Part shown: positions 37,762 through 47,008 of the stretch, piece after piece
Numbering within the stretch: position 1 is the stretch's first letter
How the letters are laid out: every line of letters starts with the position of its first letter
Origin: Patescibacteria group bacterium
Lineage (GTDB): Bacteria > Patescibacteriota > Microgenomatia > UBA10105 > UBA927
Assembly: GCA_049322955.1 (NCBI GenBank)
Contig: JBMOPU010000012.1
Coordinates: 617,517 to 681,516, forward strand
DNA length: 64,000 nt
Direction: 5' to 3'
Translations under genes and position numbers: made by a program
The notes under the pieces: generated by a model
Databases searched by the model: none
Told to the model about the DNA's origin: nothing
The model's input: only the letters and a program-made list of their open reading frames with translations

Positions 37762-38508
37762 CTATTTTCCTTTTCCCTTTTTCCACGAAACACCGGTGAT
37801 AAGCGGAGCGTATATATCCAAAGACAACGGAATACGCAGTTCTTTTGTTTCCGTCGGGGTCGGCGCGTCGGGATCAAAATGAATAAACGGAATATCAGTA
37901 ATAAGGGCTATCGGCGTTTGTTCACTCCCCTCTCCCATGACAAGTACCGAGCTTGCGGCAAGACCGTCAGCCACATTTGCTTTCGTTACCTTGAGTTTTC
38001 TTCCGAAAAGATCGGGCTCCCCGATATAATTATTGAGTGCGGAAAAACCGGCATACGCAAGGGAAACACCCGTAGTTCCGAGGCGGAGGGGGGTCGTTTT
38101 GCTATCAGTGATGAGCACCCCGATTTTATTGCGATGGAATCGCCTCGTGAGGTAATCGAGAATTTCGCGGGCGCTTTTTTCCGGATCACGCGGCCAGAGT
38201 ACATAGTTGCCGTTGCCATTTGATTCATCGATACCGGCCGTCGGAATAAGCGTATCTCGGGTGATCGTCAGCGTGATATCGTACTTGCTTTTTTCGGGAG
38301 GAATATACAGTTGTGCTTCCTGTTCGATGAGTGTTTCTTTGTCCGTGGTTTCCATGGGAATAACGCTTCCTTCGGTAAGCGAAATAATTTTTGAAGTGAC
38401 CGCAAGTATCGATTGTTCCGGCATGTCCGACAAGGCGGCATCAAGGAGGGAAAATAAGGTGCATTTTCCGGCCGAGACTTTTTCGGTTTTTATCGGAATG
38501 ATGTTCAT
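37762..38508 (-). CDS. CofE-like gamma-glutamyl ligase (F420-0:glutamate ligase fold; likely folate polyglutamylation)
   Basis: VTSKIISLTEG, PTAGIDESNG, LITDSKTTPLRLG, VMGEGSEQTP. Confidence 0.85.
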   Translation of the reverse strand: MNIIPIKTEKVSAGKCTLFSLLDAALSDMPEQSILAVTSKIISLTEGSVIPMETTDKETLIEQEAQLYIPPEKSKYDITLTITRDTLIPTAGIDESNGNGNYVLWPRDPEKSAREILDYLTRRFHRNKIGVLITDSKTTPLRLGTTGVSLAYAGFSALNNYIGEPDLFGRKLKVTKANVADGLAASSVLVMGEGSEQTPIALITDIPFIHFDPDAPTPTETKELRIPLSLDIYAPLITGVSWKKGKGK

Positions 38509-39032
38509 ACGACGTGATAATGAATAAGTAACGTCCCCTGATCGTTTAATTTTGTCACAGTAGCGAGACGAAGTGCCACATCGGTGGTGTACGGGGCAAA
38601 CAACGTATTGCCGCTTCCGAAAAACCTGGGCTCGATCGTCAGATAACACTGCGTGATAAGTTTCTTTTCAAGAAATGCGGTATTGAGCATACTGCCGCCG
38701 ACAAGTAACAGGCTTTCATACCCTTCAGCCGCTAATCGCGTGACGAGTGCCTCGGGAGTTTCCGCGGTAAATTCAAGTTGGCCATCGACCTGTTTATCGG
38801 AAAATTGATCGGGTGAATGCGTCATAACGATGCGGCGTAGCGACGTTTGGGGTACGATCTTTTCTTTGAGGGTGAGGTAGGTATTCTTGCCCATGACCAA
38901 TACCCGATGTTTCGATTTCAGTAGGGCAAAATGTGCGAGATCTTCAGGAGAAGACCAGCCGTGCAAAGTGGGATTATCCCCTTTGGTCGTTTTGCCGTCT
39001 GCCGTTTGGACCATGACCAGGATAACGTTCAT
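38505..39032 (-). CDS. Dihydrofolate reductase / RibD-C family protein
   Basis: TADGK, WSSPEDLAHF, LVMGKNTY, LLVGGS, IEPRFFGSG. Confidence 0.85.
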   Translation of the reverse strand: MNVILVMVQTADGKTTKGDNPTLHGWSSPEDLAHFALLKSKHRVLVMGKNTYLTLKEKIVPQTSLRRIVMTHSPDQFSDKQVDGQLEFTAETPEALVTRLAAEGYESLLLVGGSMLNTAFLEKKLITQCYLTIEPRFFGSGNTLFAPYTTDVALRLATVTKLNDQGTLLIHYHVV

Positions 39033-39352
39033 TTTGAAGGAAACGAAAAAAACGATTGCGTAAGATCAACGGTGTTATCATCCAGAAACACTACGCCTTC
39101 TAACTGCAGTTTTCTGAGTTGTTCTTTGGGACCGCCGAACGCGTATCCGGGGGCAAGTTTGCCGTTGGTAAATACCACCCGATGGCACGGTGTTTTTTCG
39201 GCGTCAGGGTTGGCATGTAAAGCGTGTCCGACTCGCCGGGCGTCTTTGGTATTGAGCGCCTTTGCAAGTGCCCCGTACGTCGTTACATAGCCAGGGGGTA
39301 CGCACTCAACCAGCCGATATACCTGTTCAAAAAATGATGGTGCAGTTTTCAT
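39029..39352 (-). CDS. MGMT family O6-alkylguanine DNA alkyltransferase (C-terminal domain only)
   Basis: VTTYGALA, ARRVG, PCHRVV, LQLEGV. Confidence 0.88.
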   Translation of the reverse strand: MKTAPSFFEQVYRLVECVPPGYVTTYGALAKALNTKDARRVGHALHANPDAEKTPCHRVVFTNGKLAPGYAFGGPKEQLRKLQLEGVVFLDDNTVDLTQSFFSFPSK

Positions 39353-40029
39353 ATCTCGGATGTTTGGTACGTCGTAAGAAGAAATGGCACAACACGACTT
39401 ATAAGTTGTTGTTTGACTGTTCGTCCCGCTTTGCCGGGAATTTCCAGGGTAAATGAACGGTTTGCGCGTCGCTCGTCGTACAACCACTTACTCAAAAATC
39501 CGGCAGTGCCGGCTGTTTTTTCAAATCCCAAAGATACATAGCCTTTTTCAACAAGTAAATTCAAATGTTCGTCGTCCACATCATCGACGCCGCTATACAG
39601 TCTGGCGTCGGTCTGTTGAACAAGCTCACGATAACGTTCAAGTTCGTTTATCGTCATTTGTTCACTGTCGTAAAGATAAAATCCGAGCGTGCGATCCGGA
39701 TCCTCATGCACGTCAACGCAAAGCGAAAATCGGTATTGGGAGACAAGCGACATAACAGAGAGTGCCTCAGGATCTTTTGATCCCCGCACAAACTGTCTAT
39801 TTATATCATTGCCGTAGCGGTTTTTGCGTTTTTTGACTTCGACGGCACTTGGGCTTACTTGCGGAATATAAAGAAACGATGGTAAGGAGGAAGCATACGT
39901 TCGTAGATAGTGTTCGAGCAACGCGCCCGATTCATATTCATCGCCGTGCATGCCCGAAAGCAACAACACACGGGGAGATTCTCCGGAAAGAATATAAGGA
40001 AGCCTCCCTTGGTGTAATTGGTTATCCAT
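39349..40029 (-). CDS. M14-type zinc carboxypeptidase / succinylglutamate desuccinylase family
   Basis: GMHGDE, DINRQF, DVHED, FTLEIP. Confidence 0.8.
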   Translation of the reverse strand: MDNQLHQGRLPYILSGESPRVLLLSGMHGDEYESGALLEHYLRTYASSLPSFLYIPQVSPSAVEVKKRKNRYGNDINRQFVRGSKDPEALSVMSLVSQYRFSLCVDVHEDPDRTLGFYLYDSEQMTINELERYRELVQQTDARLYSGVDDVDDEHLNLLVEKGYVSLGFEKTAGTAGFLSKWLYDERRANRSFTLEIPGKAGRTVKQQLISRVVPFLLTTYQTSEI

Positions 40030-40036
40030 TGGTAAG

Positions 40037-40123
40037 TGCCGAGGGCGGGGGTCGAACCCGCACGAAGGTTTTAACTTCACGGGCTCTTAAGGCCCGCGTG
40101 TCTGCCAATTCCACCACCTCGGC
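40037..40123 (-). tRNA. tRNA-Leu(TAA)
   Basis: Class II cloverleaf; CGGGC-CTTAAGA-GCCCG. Confidence 0.95.
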
Positions 40124-40136
40124 GATCTTCCTATTA

Positions 40137-41132
40137 TTATAGCGTATTTTCGCCGCGCATAGCCGAAGGAAGCGTGGAAGCGCTCTTCGTAAGCTTGGCA
40201 ACGAAGAATCCTTCCATAAGCGATGAAGGGAAAACCCGTCCGGTACGGGCAACGGATGGATCGAACACCGTGCCGTCCCATTGTGATAACACGGGATCAA
40301 AAGTAAAGTGCGGTAATACGAGCGTATCGACGGTAACGACTCCTTTTTCCTTTTTGACAATCCAGTCGATGACGCTTTCGTTTTCTTCGGGGCTTAGCGT
40401 ACAGGTGGAGTACACGATAGTTCCTCCGGGTTTCGTGGCACTGATTGCCGAACGGAGCATCCATTTTTGGGCACGGGAAAGTTCCCGTACTTTTTTTACC
40501 GACCAGTCGGAAAAACTTTTCGGATCGTTTGCCTGAAACCGCCCTTCCATACTGCAGGGTACATCAACGAGCGTTTTGTCGAAATATTCGGGGTATTTCT
40601 GCCAGATAGCCCTGGCATCATCGTTGGTGACCCGAACAATAGTTGCCCCCTGAAGCGCAATATTTGCTTTTAGCCGATAGAGACGAACGTGACTTGCATC
40701 GTTTGCCAGGATCTCCCCCTTATTCTCCATGAGTGTCGCCATTTGGGTAGTCTTACTCCCCGGGGCGGCGGTGATGTCGAGCACTCTTTCACCCGGTTTC
40801 GGATCAAGAATAAGCGGCGGAAGCATACTCGAAAGACTTTGTACATAAATACAGCCTTCCTTATAGAGCCCGGTGTCGGTTAGTTCCCTCAGTGTTTTGT
40901 TTTCCAACACAAACGCGTTTTCCTGCCAATCGATAATGCTTATCATAAAGCCGAGCTTTCCGATTGTACGTAACGCATCGACGGTTTTTATCTTAAGGGT
41001 ATTTACCCGAAAGGTTGTTTTTCGATCATTGTTGAAAGCGGCCAAAACGCGGTGCAGGCGATCGTCCGGGACAATAGCGGAAAGTCGCTCAAGAAATTCT
41101 TTGGGAAGTGCGTTCGCAGGTGTAGCATCCAT
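40137..41132 (-). CDS. rsmF: RsmB/RsmF (NOL1/NOP2) rRNA m5C methyltransferase
   Basis: VQSLSSM, LDITAAPGSKT, DVPCS, YSTCT, EGFFVAKL. Confidence 0.85.
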   Translation of the reverse strand: MDATPANALPKEFLERLSAIVPDDRLHRVLAAFNNDRKTTFRVNTLKIKTVDALRTIGKLGFMISIIDWQENAFVLENKTLRELTDTGLYKEGCIYVQSLSSMLPPLILDPKPGERVLDITAAPGSKTTQMATLMENKGEILANDASHVRLYRLKANIALQGATIVRVTNDDARAIWQKYPEYFDKTLVDVPCSMEGRFQANDPKSFSDWSVKKVRELSRAQKWMLRSAISATKPGGTIVYSTCTLSPEENESVIDWIVKKEKGVVTVDTLVLPHFTFDPVLSQWDGTVFDPSVARTGRVFPSSLMEGFFVAKLTKSASTLPSAMRGENTL

Positions 41133-41190
41133 GGTTTGATTGTACCGCGCCAATGCAGGCTATTTCTATGGTATAATTTTTGCTGTTGCC

Positions 41191-41272
41191 GCCCGGATGG
41201 CGAAACTGGTAGACGCGTACGCTTCAGGAGCGTATGCCGCAAGGCTTGGGAGTTCGAGTCTCCCTCTGGGCA
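41191..41272 (+). tRNA. tRNA-Leu(CAG)
   Basis: Class II cloverleaf; TACGC-TTCAGGA-GCGTA; TGGTATAAT extended -10 upstream. Confidence 0.95.
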
Positions 41273-41369
41273 CACGGTGTCTTGTTTTGAGTGAAGCGAA
41301 ATCCCGCTTGGCGGGACGAGTCCGCTTCTGGGCACAAAACAAAAAAATTGCTATAATGAGTATCTCGTT

Positions 41370-41451
41370 GCGGGTGTGGTGAAACTGGTAGACACGCAGT
41401 CTTGAGGAGGCTGTGCCGTAAGGCTTAGAGGTTCAAGTCCTCTCACCCGCA
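41370..41451 (+). tRNA. tRNA-Leu(GAG); probable integration site (att junction)
   Basis: Class II cloverleaf; CAGTC-TTGAGGA-GGCTG; TGCTATAAT upstream; composition shifts right after the 3' end. Confidence 0.95.
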
Positions 41452-42968
41452 CAAGAAGAGATAGCACCGTTATCAAAGGTGCAAATTGATTGATATAACG
41501 GGCTAATCTCGCGGTTCAATGTACCATTTTGACTCCAAGCTAGTCCTGAGGGGAAGATTGAACCCAAGAGTACTTTGATCTGGCTGATACTCGATCTTTT
41601 GTAGGCTTCTCCTAAATCTGCAAGTAAAGTCCTGATAAATGTTGTTACATCATCGATGTTGTATCTATCAATTGTTGCGTCGTTTTTTACAACCTGCGCT
41701 TTTACCATTCTGTCTTCAACTACAGAATTTTGCTCCTTAAATACCTCATCTGAATAGACACCTGCAAGGTTCTTTTCTACTAGGGTTTGCCTGAGTGCTT
41801 TCAGGGTCGCGATTTCTTGATCTGCCTGGCTTTTAATCTTCTGCAATCTTGCCAGACGAGTGTGATAAGTGCGATATAGAAAAGCGATAAATAGATCTAG
41901 ACATTCTTTCTTCGGGGTTACATCTTTGAGCGTCTCAATCACTGATCCTTCCAAGACATCTGCTTTGGCTGCAACTCCTTTGCAGATACCACCGCAACGA
42001 TAGTAGGCGTATCTAGCGTGTCTGCCTCTACTCCAACCACCAGTCATTCCTGTGCCACATTCTTTGCAACGGACGATCCTTCGCAGTGGAAAATCTGGGT
42101 TAGAGTGAACTCTCTTGGCTAGGGCAACTTTATTGGGATTTCTCCCGTCCAGAATCGCCTGTACTCGGTAAAACTGTTCCTCGGTAATCATTGGCACATG
42201 CTGAGCTTTGACTTCCTCACGATACGTTTTAGAAGTTAATAATCCTAGATAGAACTTATTCCTAAACAACACGTTTGCACGTTGTGCCCTAATCATAAAC
42301 TCTCTTTTTCCGTGATGTTCCCTAAGTCCCCAAGCGTTCATTAAATCTGCCATTTCTTGAAGGCTTTTACTACCAGTCGCCATCAAGTTCCAGGCTTTTT
42401 TCATCAAATCCCATGTTTTATCATCTTTAATGGCATAACCAGCTTGAACTGAGTAACCTAGTGGTACTTGGCCTGTGACAATCATTCCAGATAAGTATCT
42501 AGCCTTTAAGCCATTTCGCGATCGTTCACTGCGAATATCGTTATCAAGTTGTGCAAACCCGGCAAGAATAGTTTCTACAAGCTTTTCAGTAGGGCTATCT
42601 CCGGTAGGCTCAGTAGCCGAAATAATGGTGACACCGTTTTCAGTGAGCTTTTTTCTAATTGCTAAATAGTCGGCGGTAATACGAGAGACGCGATCAAGGC
42701 GATAAACAAATACGGCCTGTACCTTATGCTTTTGTTTTCGACAGAACTCTAAAAGCTGGATAAGAATTGGTCTTCCAATAATTGTCTTGGCTGAGCGACC
42801 TTCCTCTCTAAATACTTCCGTAATTTGGTAACCTCTTTTTTCTGCTTCTTTCCGACAAATTTCCTCTTGCGTATCCAGCGAGAAGTTATCTACCTGTTCT
42901 TCAGTCGAAACACGAAGATAAAGTACTGCTTTTTTACCGTCCGCATATATCACATTTGTTTTATTCAT
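41433..42968 (-). CDS. Large serine recombinase (resolvase + recombinase + Zn-ribbon + coiled coil)
   Basis: YLRVSTEEQ catalytic Ser, VYRLDRVSR, VPLGY, CxxC..YYRC. Confidence 0.95.
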   Translation of the reverse strand: MNKTNVIYADGKKAVLYLRVSTEEQVDNFSLDTQEEICRKEAEKRGYQITEVFREEGRSAKTIIGRPILIQLLEFCRKQKHKVQAVFVYRLDRVSRITADYLAIRKKLTENGVTIISATEPTGDSPTEKLVETILAGFAQLDNDIRSERSRNGLKARYLSGMIVTGQVPLGYSVQAGYAIKDDKTWDLMKKAWNLMATGSKSLQEMADLMNAWGLREHHGKREFMIRAQRANVLFRNKFYLGLLTSKTYREEVKAQHVPMITEEQFYRVQAILDGRNPNKVALAKRVHSNPDFPLRRIVRCKECGTGMTGGWSRGRHARYAYYRCGGICKGVAAKADVLEGSVIETLKDVTPKKECLDLFIAFLYRTYHTRLARLQKIKSQADQEIATLKALRQTLVEKNLAGVYSDEVFKEQNSVVEDRMVKAQVVKNDATIDRYNIDDVTTFIRTLLADLGEAYKRSSISQIKVLLGSIFPSGLAWSQNGTLNREISPLYQSICTFDNGAISSCAGERT

Positions 42969-43312
42969 TTTGCTCCTTTCTCATGTAGTAATTCTTGAAG
43001 TGTTAATCCATCAAATATGTTTCGCTCGTATTCATCCAGCCAAGACTCGGTTAGATATTCGACCTCTGTAATTATGTCGCTCAGTTCTGTTTCGGTGAAT
43101 TGATTTGCCAACGACCCCAAGGCATCCTTAGCAACCTTGATTCGCTTATCTGCTTGTTTTTGTTCTGGGAAGATTGCTTCAAGTGATTGGGAAATTGTTG
43201 GTGTTTGATTGTATTTGAAAGTCGATTGACCGACAGGTTGAAGATATGGCTGAACAATTTCCTGTCTGGTATATTGCTGTTGGATGTGTACTAATTCTAG
43301 GCTCATGGGCAT
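42965..43312 (-). CDS. Small acidic protein translationally coupled to the recombinase (candidate RDF/regulator)
   Basis: ATGA overlap with the recombinase start. Confidence 0.6.
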   Translation of the reverse strand: MPMSLELVHIQQQYTRQEIVQPYLQPVGQSTFKYNQTPTISQSLEAIFPEQKQADKRIKVAKDALGSLANQFTETELSDIITEVEYLTESWLDEYERNIFDGLTLQELLHEKGAK

Positions 43313-43317
43313 GTATC

Positions 43318-43364
43318 AACTATAAATATATTTATAGTTTATATCATTATATTTATAGTGTCAA
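43318..43364 (-). promoter_or_regulatory. Promoter with overlapping palindromic operator for the recombinase operon
   Basis: TTGACA-17 bp-TAAACT; perfect 22-bp palindrome AACTATAAATATATTTATAGTT (43318-43339). Confidence 0.6.
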
Positions 43365-43471
43365 GCCAGATGTAGGGAGTATCCTTTTGCCAAAAACGAC
43401 CTCTAGGAGTATCATTCAAACAATATCAAAAACCATTAGTTCTTGATGTTAACTGCCCATCCTGGGTAGTT

Positions 43472-46081
43472 ATGTTGAAAAACAATATCATCCTCACAAC
43501 TATTTACAAAGAAATTCAATCTATTGGAGTATTTCTTGCCCCGTATTTCAACTCTATTTCAGTCACCTTAGTCAATTACAAACTATATCTAGTATTAGGT
43601 ATATCGGTAATCATAGTTATTTGGATAATCTACCACGCTGCTAGACTATATCTATCGTGGAAAGAAGCTACTAAACAATTCACATTATTTGAAGTATCTC
43701 CACCAACTTCTACAGAACAAAGCTCGTTTACCACCACCCAACTGTTCACATCAGTTCACGGATTACTACGCCAACGCTCATTGCTTCTCAGGCTATTTGA
43801 TGCAACTAAATCTTATTCTTTTGAGATTGTCTCTACCAAAGAAAAGGGTATCAGATACATCTTAAGAGTGGGATCGGATGACGCCCCGATTATCAAAAAG
43901 AATTTGATCTCGTATTTACCGGGCATACAAGTAAAAGAAACGGTCGAATATTTAGACGAAACCAGTGATCAGGGGCATGTTGTTGATATAAAACTCAATA
44001 ATCATTTTGCGTTTCCTCTCAAAAAGCAAGATAACCTGCCGGAGTACGATCCAATCGCCTATATCACGGGCACTATGACTAAATTAGGATCACATGAACT
44101 CGTGGCTGCTCAAATTATTGTCGCGCCAGTTAGTAGGTCTACTATAGAATTTGTTGCACGGTTACGATCACTCTTCTTAGGAAAGAAAGATGTTTTATCA
44201 GAACTTAAAGGTACAAGCCTTATAAACTCAATTGTGATATCCATCGTTCATTTTTGTTTACAAATTGTATTGTTTCCGCTCGGGCTACTTGTTTGGATTC
44301 TTACTGGTGGTCGAGAAGGGCCAATTCTATCTATTATGACGCTTGGCGCACAGCTACCCGATAGTACTTATAAAGATATAGTTGAAACCCAGATAAAACA
44401 AAAGATCGACCAGCAATTATTCACCGTTTCATTACGTTATCTCACTGTCTCAAGTAGCTATCAGGATAGAGTTAGAATCGAAAAAGGCTTTATTGCAGCC
44501 CTCAGTCCATTTACTAATGGCGGATATCAAAACCTGCGACCCAAAAGATATTTGAAAATTAAGTCAATCAATAAACTATTGTTATGGCTGTACAAACATC
44601 GCTTATTTAGCTTTGTTGGTAACTTAGTTCTATCAAGCTCAGAGTTGTCTGATTTGTATCACTTCCCATATACGAGTATTACCAAAACTGAAAACTTATC
44701 TAAGCTACACAGCAAAGAATTACCAGCTCCATTATCTTTAAAACAAAAGTCTGAACTCGACATATATTTTGCCAAAAACACTTATGGCGGCACAGATACA
44801 CCAATTGGATTAACCGAAGATGAACGTCGTCGCCATGTCTATATTATTGGCGCAACCGGCACTGGCAAGTCCACCATGCTTTTATCCATGATCAAACAAG
44901 ATGTAGATAACAACAAAGGTTTGGCTGTTATTGATCCGCATGGTGATTTAACAGATCAGATTGTTTCCGTCATTCCTAGAGATCGGATTAAAGATGTCGT
45001 GTATTTTAACCCAGACGATATTAGCTACCCCATGGGGATTAACTTACTTGAATTAACTCCAGGACTTCCAGAAGAGCAAGCCATCAGAGAAAAAGAATTT
45101 ATTGCCGAAAGCATAATTTCCGTATTTCAAAAGATTTACACGGATAAATACTCGGGGCCTCGCATGGAATACATACTCCGCAATACGATTCATACGGCTT
45201 TTACCGTACCCAATGCCACGCTGTTTACCATCTATAAACTCCTTATCAATACGAGTTATAGAAAATCGGTCACTAAAAACCTGACTGACGAAAACCTCAA
45301 AGACTTCTGGAAGTATGAGTTTGCCAAGGCTGGAGATTACCAGAAAGTCAAAATGATCTCACCGATCACTAACAAGATTGGACGCTTCCTATTTTCTCCC
45401 ACAGCCAAGCGAATACTCGAGCAAGGCAAGTCCACAATAAATTTTGACACAATTATGAATGAGGGAAAAATTCTGTTATGCAATCTCTCTAAAGGTAAAG
45501 TTGGTGAAGATAACTCAAGCGTCTTTGGTGTGCTTATTATGGCTAAGATACAACTTTCAGCCTTAAAACGAGCCAGGATAAAGCAGGAAGATCGCAAGGA
45601 CTTCTATTTATATGTAGATGAATTCCAAAACTTTGCCACTCCTGCCTTCGCCCAGATCCTCTCAGAAGCCAGAAAGTATCGACTCAATGCGATTCTGGCT
45701 CACCAGACCACTTCACAACTTGAAGAAACATCACTTGTAAATGTAACTTTGGCAAATACAGGTACAGTAATTTGCTTCAGAACCGCTAACCCTGAGGATG
45801 AACGGATGATCCTGCCACAGTTTCGACCATATATAGAGCAAGGTGAAATTGCCAGTTTGCCGTCATACCACTTCTATATGCGTCTTGGTGCACTTAATCC
45901 AGAAGAACCGTTCTCAGGCGTAACAATACCAGTAAAGATTGAATACAGTCAAAATAGGGTTGATGAGGTGATCGAGTCATCGAGGAAACTGTACGCTAAA
46001 AAGTACACTGGAGCAGTTGAAGCCATCAGCAAACCTAAAGAAAAGCAGGCATCTAAAAAGGTGTATTCAGCGCTTCCTTGA
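43472..46081 (+). CDS. Type IV coupling protein (VirD4/TraD-like ATPase)
   Basis: N-terminal TMs; HVYIIGATGTGKST Walker A, VIDPHGD, LYVDEFQNF Walker B, EARKY, AHQ. Confidence 0.88.
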   Translation: MLKNNIILTTIYKEIQSIGVFLAPYFNSISVTLVNYKLYLVLGISVIIVIWIIYHAARLYLSWKEATKQFTLFEVSPPTSTEQSSFTTTQLFTSVHGLLRQRSLLLRLFDATKSYSFEIVSTKEKGIRYILRVGSDDAPIIKKNLISYLPGIQVKETVEYLDETSDQGHVVDIKLNNHFAFPLKKQDNLPEYDPIAYITGTMTKLGSHELVAAQIIVAPVSRSTIEFVARLRSLFLGKKDVLSELKGTSLINSIVISIVHFCLQIVLFPLGLLVWILTGGREGPILSIMTLGAQLPDSTYKDIVETQIKQKIDQQLFTVSLRYLTVSSSYQDRVRIEKGFIAALSPFTNGGYQNLRPKRYLKIKSINKLLLWLYKHRLFSFVGNLVLSSSELSDLYHFPYTSITKTENLSKLHSKELPAPLSLKQKSELDIYFAKNTYGGTDTPIGLTEDERRRHVYIIGATGTGKSTMLLSMIKQDVDNNKGLAVIDPHGDLTDQIVSVIPRDRIKDVVYFNPDDISYPMGINLLELTPGLPEEQAIREKEFIAESIISVFQKIYTDKYSGPRMEYILRNTIHTAFTVPNATLFTIYKLLINTSYRKSVTKNLTDENLKDFWKYEFAKAGDYQKVKMISPITNKIGRFLFSPTAKRILEQGKSTINFDTIMNEGKILLCNLSKGKVGEDNSSVFGVLIMAKIQLSALKRARIKQEDRKDFYLYVDEFQNFATPAFAQILSEARKYRLNAILAHQTTSQLEETSLVNVTLANTGTVICFRTANPEDERMILPQFRPYIEQGEIASLPSYHFYMRLGALNPEEPFSGVTIPVKIEYSQNRVDEVIESSRKLYAKKYTGAVEAISKPKEKQASKKVYSALP

Positions 46082-46181
46082 TTTCCTACCGGTAGGTAAT
46101 GGATATATTTGATTTAGGTTGATAGTACGGTATTTTATATTTTCTTTTTACCCTCTTATTCCTTATATATAAGGGAGAGGA

Positions 46182-46991
46182 ATGATACAATCATTCCAAG
46201 CTGCCCAAAACATAACTATGGACAGTCCTAAACTACCGCAAGCACAATTAGATATTCTTCATTATCTCTATAGATTCCGATTCTTAACCAGTCTTCAACT
46301 TCAAAAACTTCTCAAACACTCAAACATTCGCTTAACTAACTACCATCTCAAAAACCTGATTACTCAAAACTACATAGGTAAACATTATTCGCGTTCCCTA
46401 GGACTCACCAATCAACCAGCCGTCTACTATCTTTCATCTGGAAGTATTAAATTACTATCAGATCACATCGACTTTGATAAACGAGCTCTCAAACGGATTT
46501 ATCGAGAGAAGATACGATCGCAACAATTTATTACTCATGCTTCATTTCTTGCGGATTATTTTCTATTCCTTAGATCCGAGTCCGAAAAATCAGGTCATAC
46601 AATTCATTTCTTTACTAAAACCGACTTACTCGCTCATCCATACCTACTACACCCTTTACCGGATGCGTATTTTGCCAGAGTTGATAAAGCAGGGAAAACA
46701 AAACGATATTTTGTCGAAGTAGTCGAGGACAGTTCTCCTCGTTTTGCCCTGCGAAAAAGAGTCGAACAATACTGTGACTACATTGATGACGGCAAGTTCA
46801 CGGAAGCGACTGGCCATGATTTTCCAGTCTTGCTATTTATCTGCCCCGGGCGTGCAAGTCTTATCTACCTTAAGAAACATATTGCGCGTATCTATGAAGA
46901 AACATCGCTTGACCAAATTGAGATTTACATTGCCACAAAAGAGAGTGCCTTCGCTGGTAATTGGGAAATGATTGAGGTTGAAGATGAGTAA
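46182..46991 (+). CDS. Replication-relaxation family relaxase (MOBC-like, wHTH + PD-(D/E)xK)
   Basis: LYRFRFLT..QL wHTH; PDAYF..YFVEV; adjacent to the T4CP. Confidence 0.75.
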   Translation: MIQSFQAAQNITMDSPKLPQAQLDILHYLYRFRFLTSLQLQKLLKHSNIRLTNYHLKNLITQNYIGKHYSRSLGLTNQPAVYYLSSGSIKLLSDHIDFDKRALKRIYREKIRSQQFITHASFLADYFLFLRSESEKSGHTIHFFTKTDLLAHPYLLHPLPDAYFARVDKAGKTKRYFVEVVEDSSPRFALRKRVEQYCDYIDDGKFTEATGHDFPVLLFICPGRASLIYLKKHIARIYEETSLDQIEIYIATKESAFAGNWEMIEVEDE

Positions 46992-47008
46992 AGTTATATA
47001 ATGTATAT

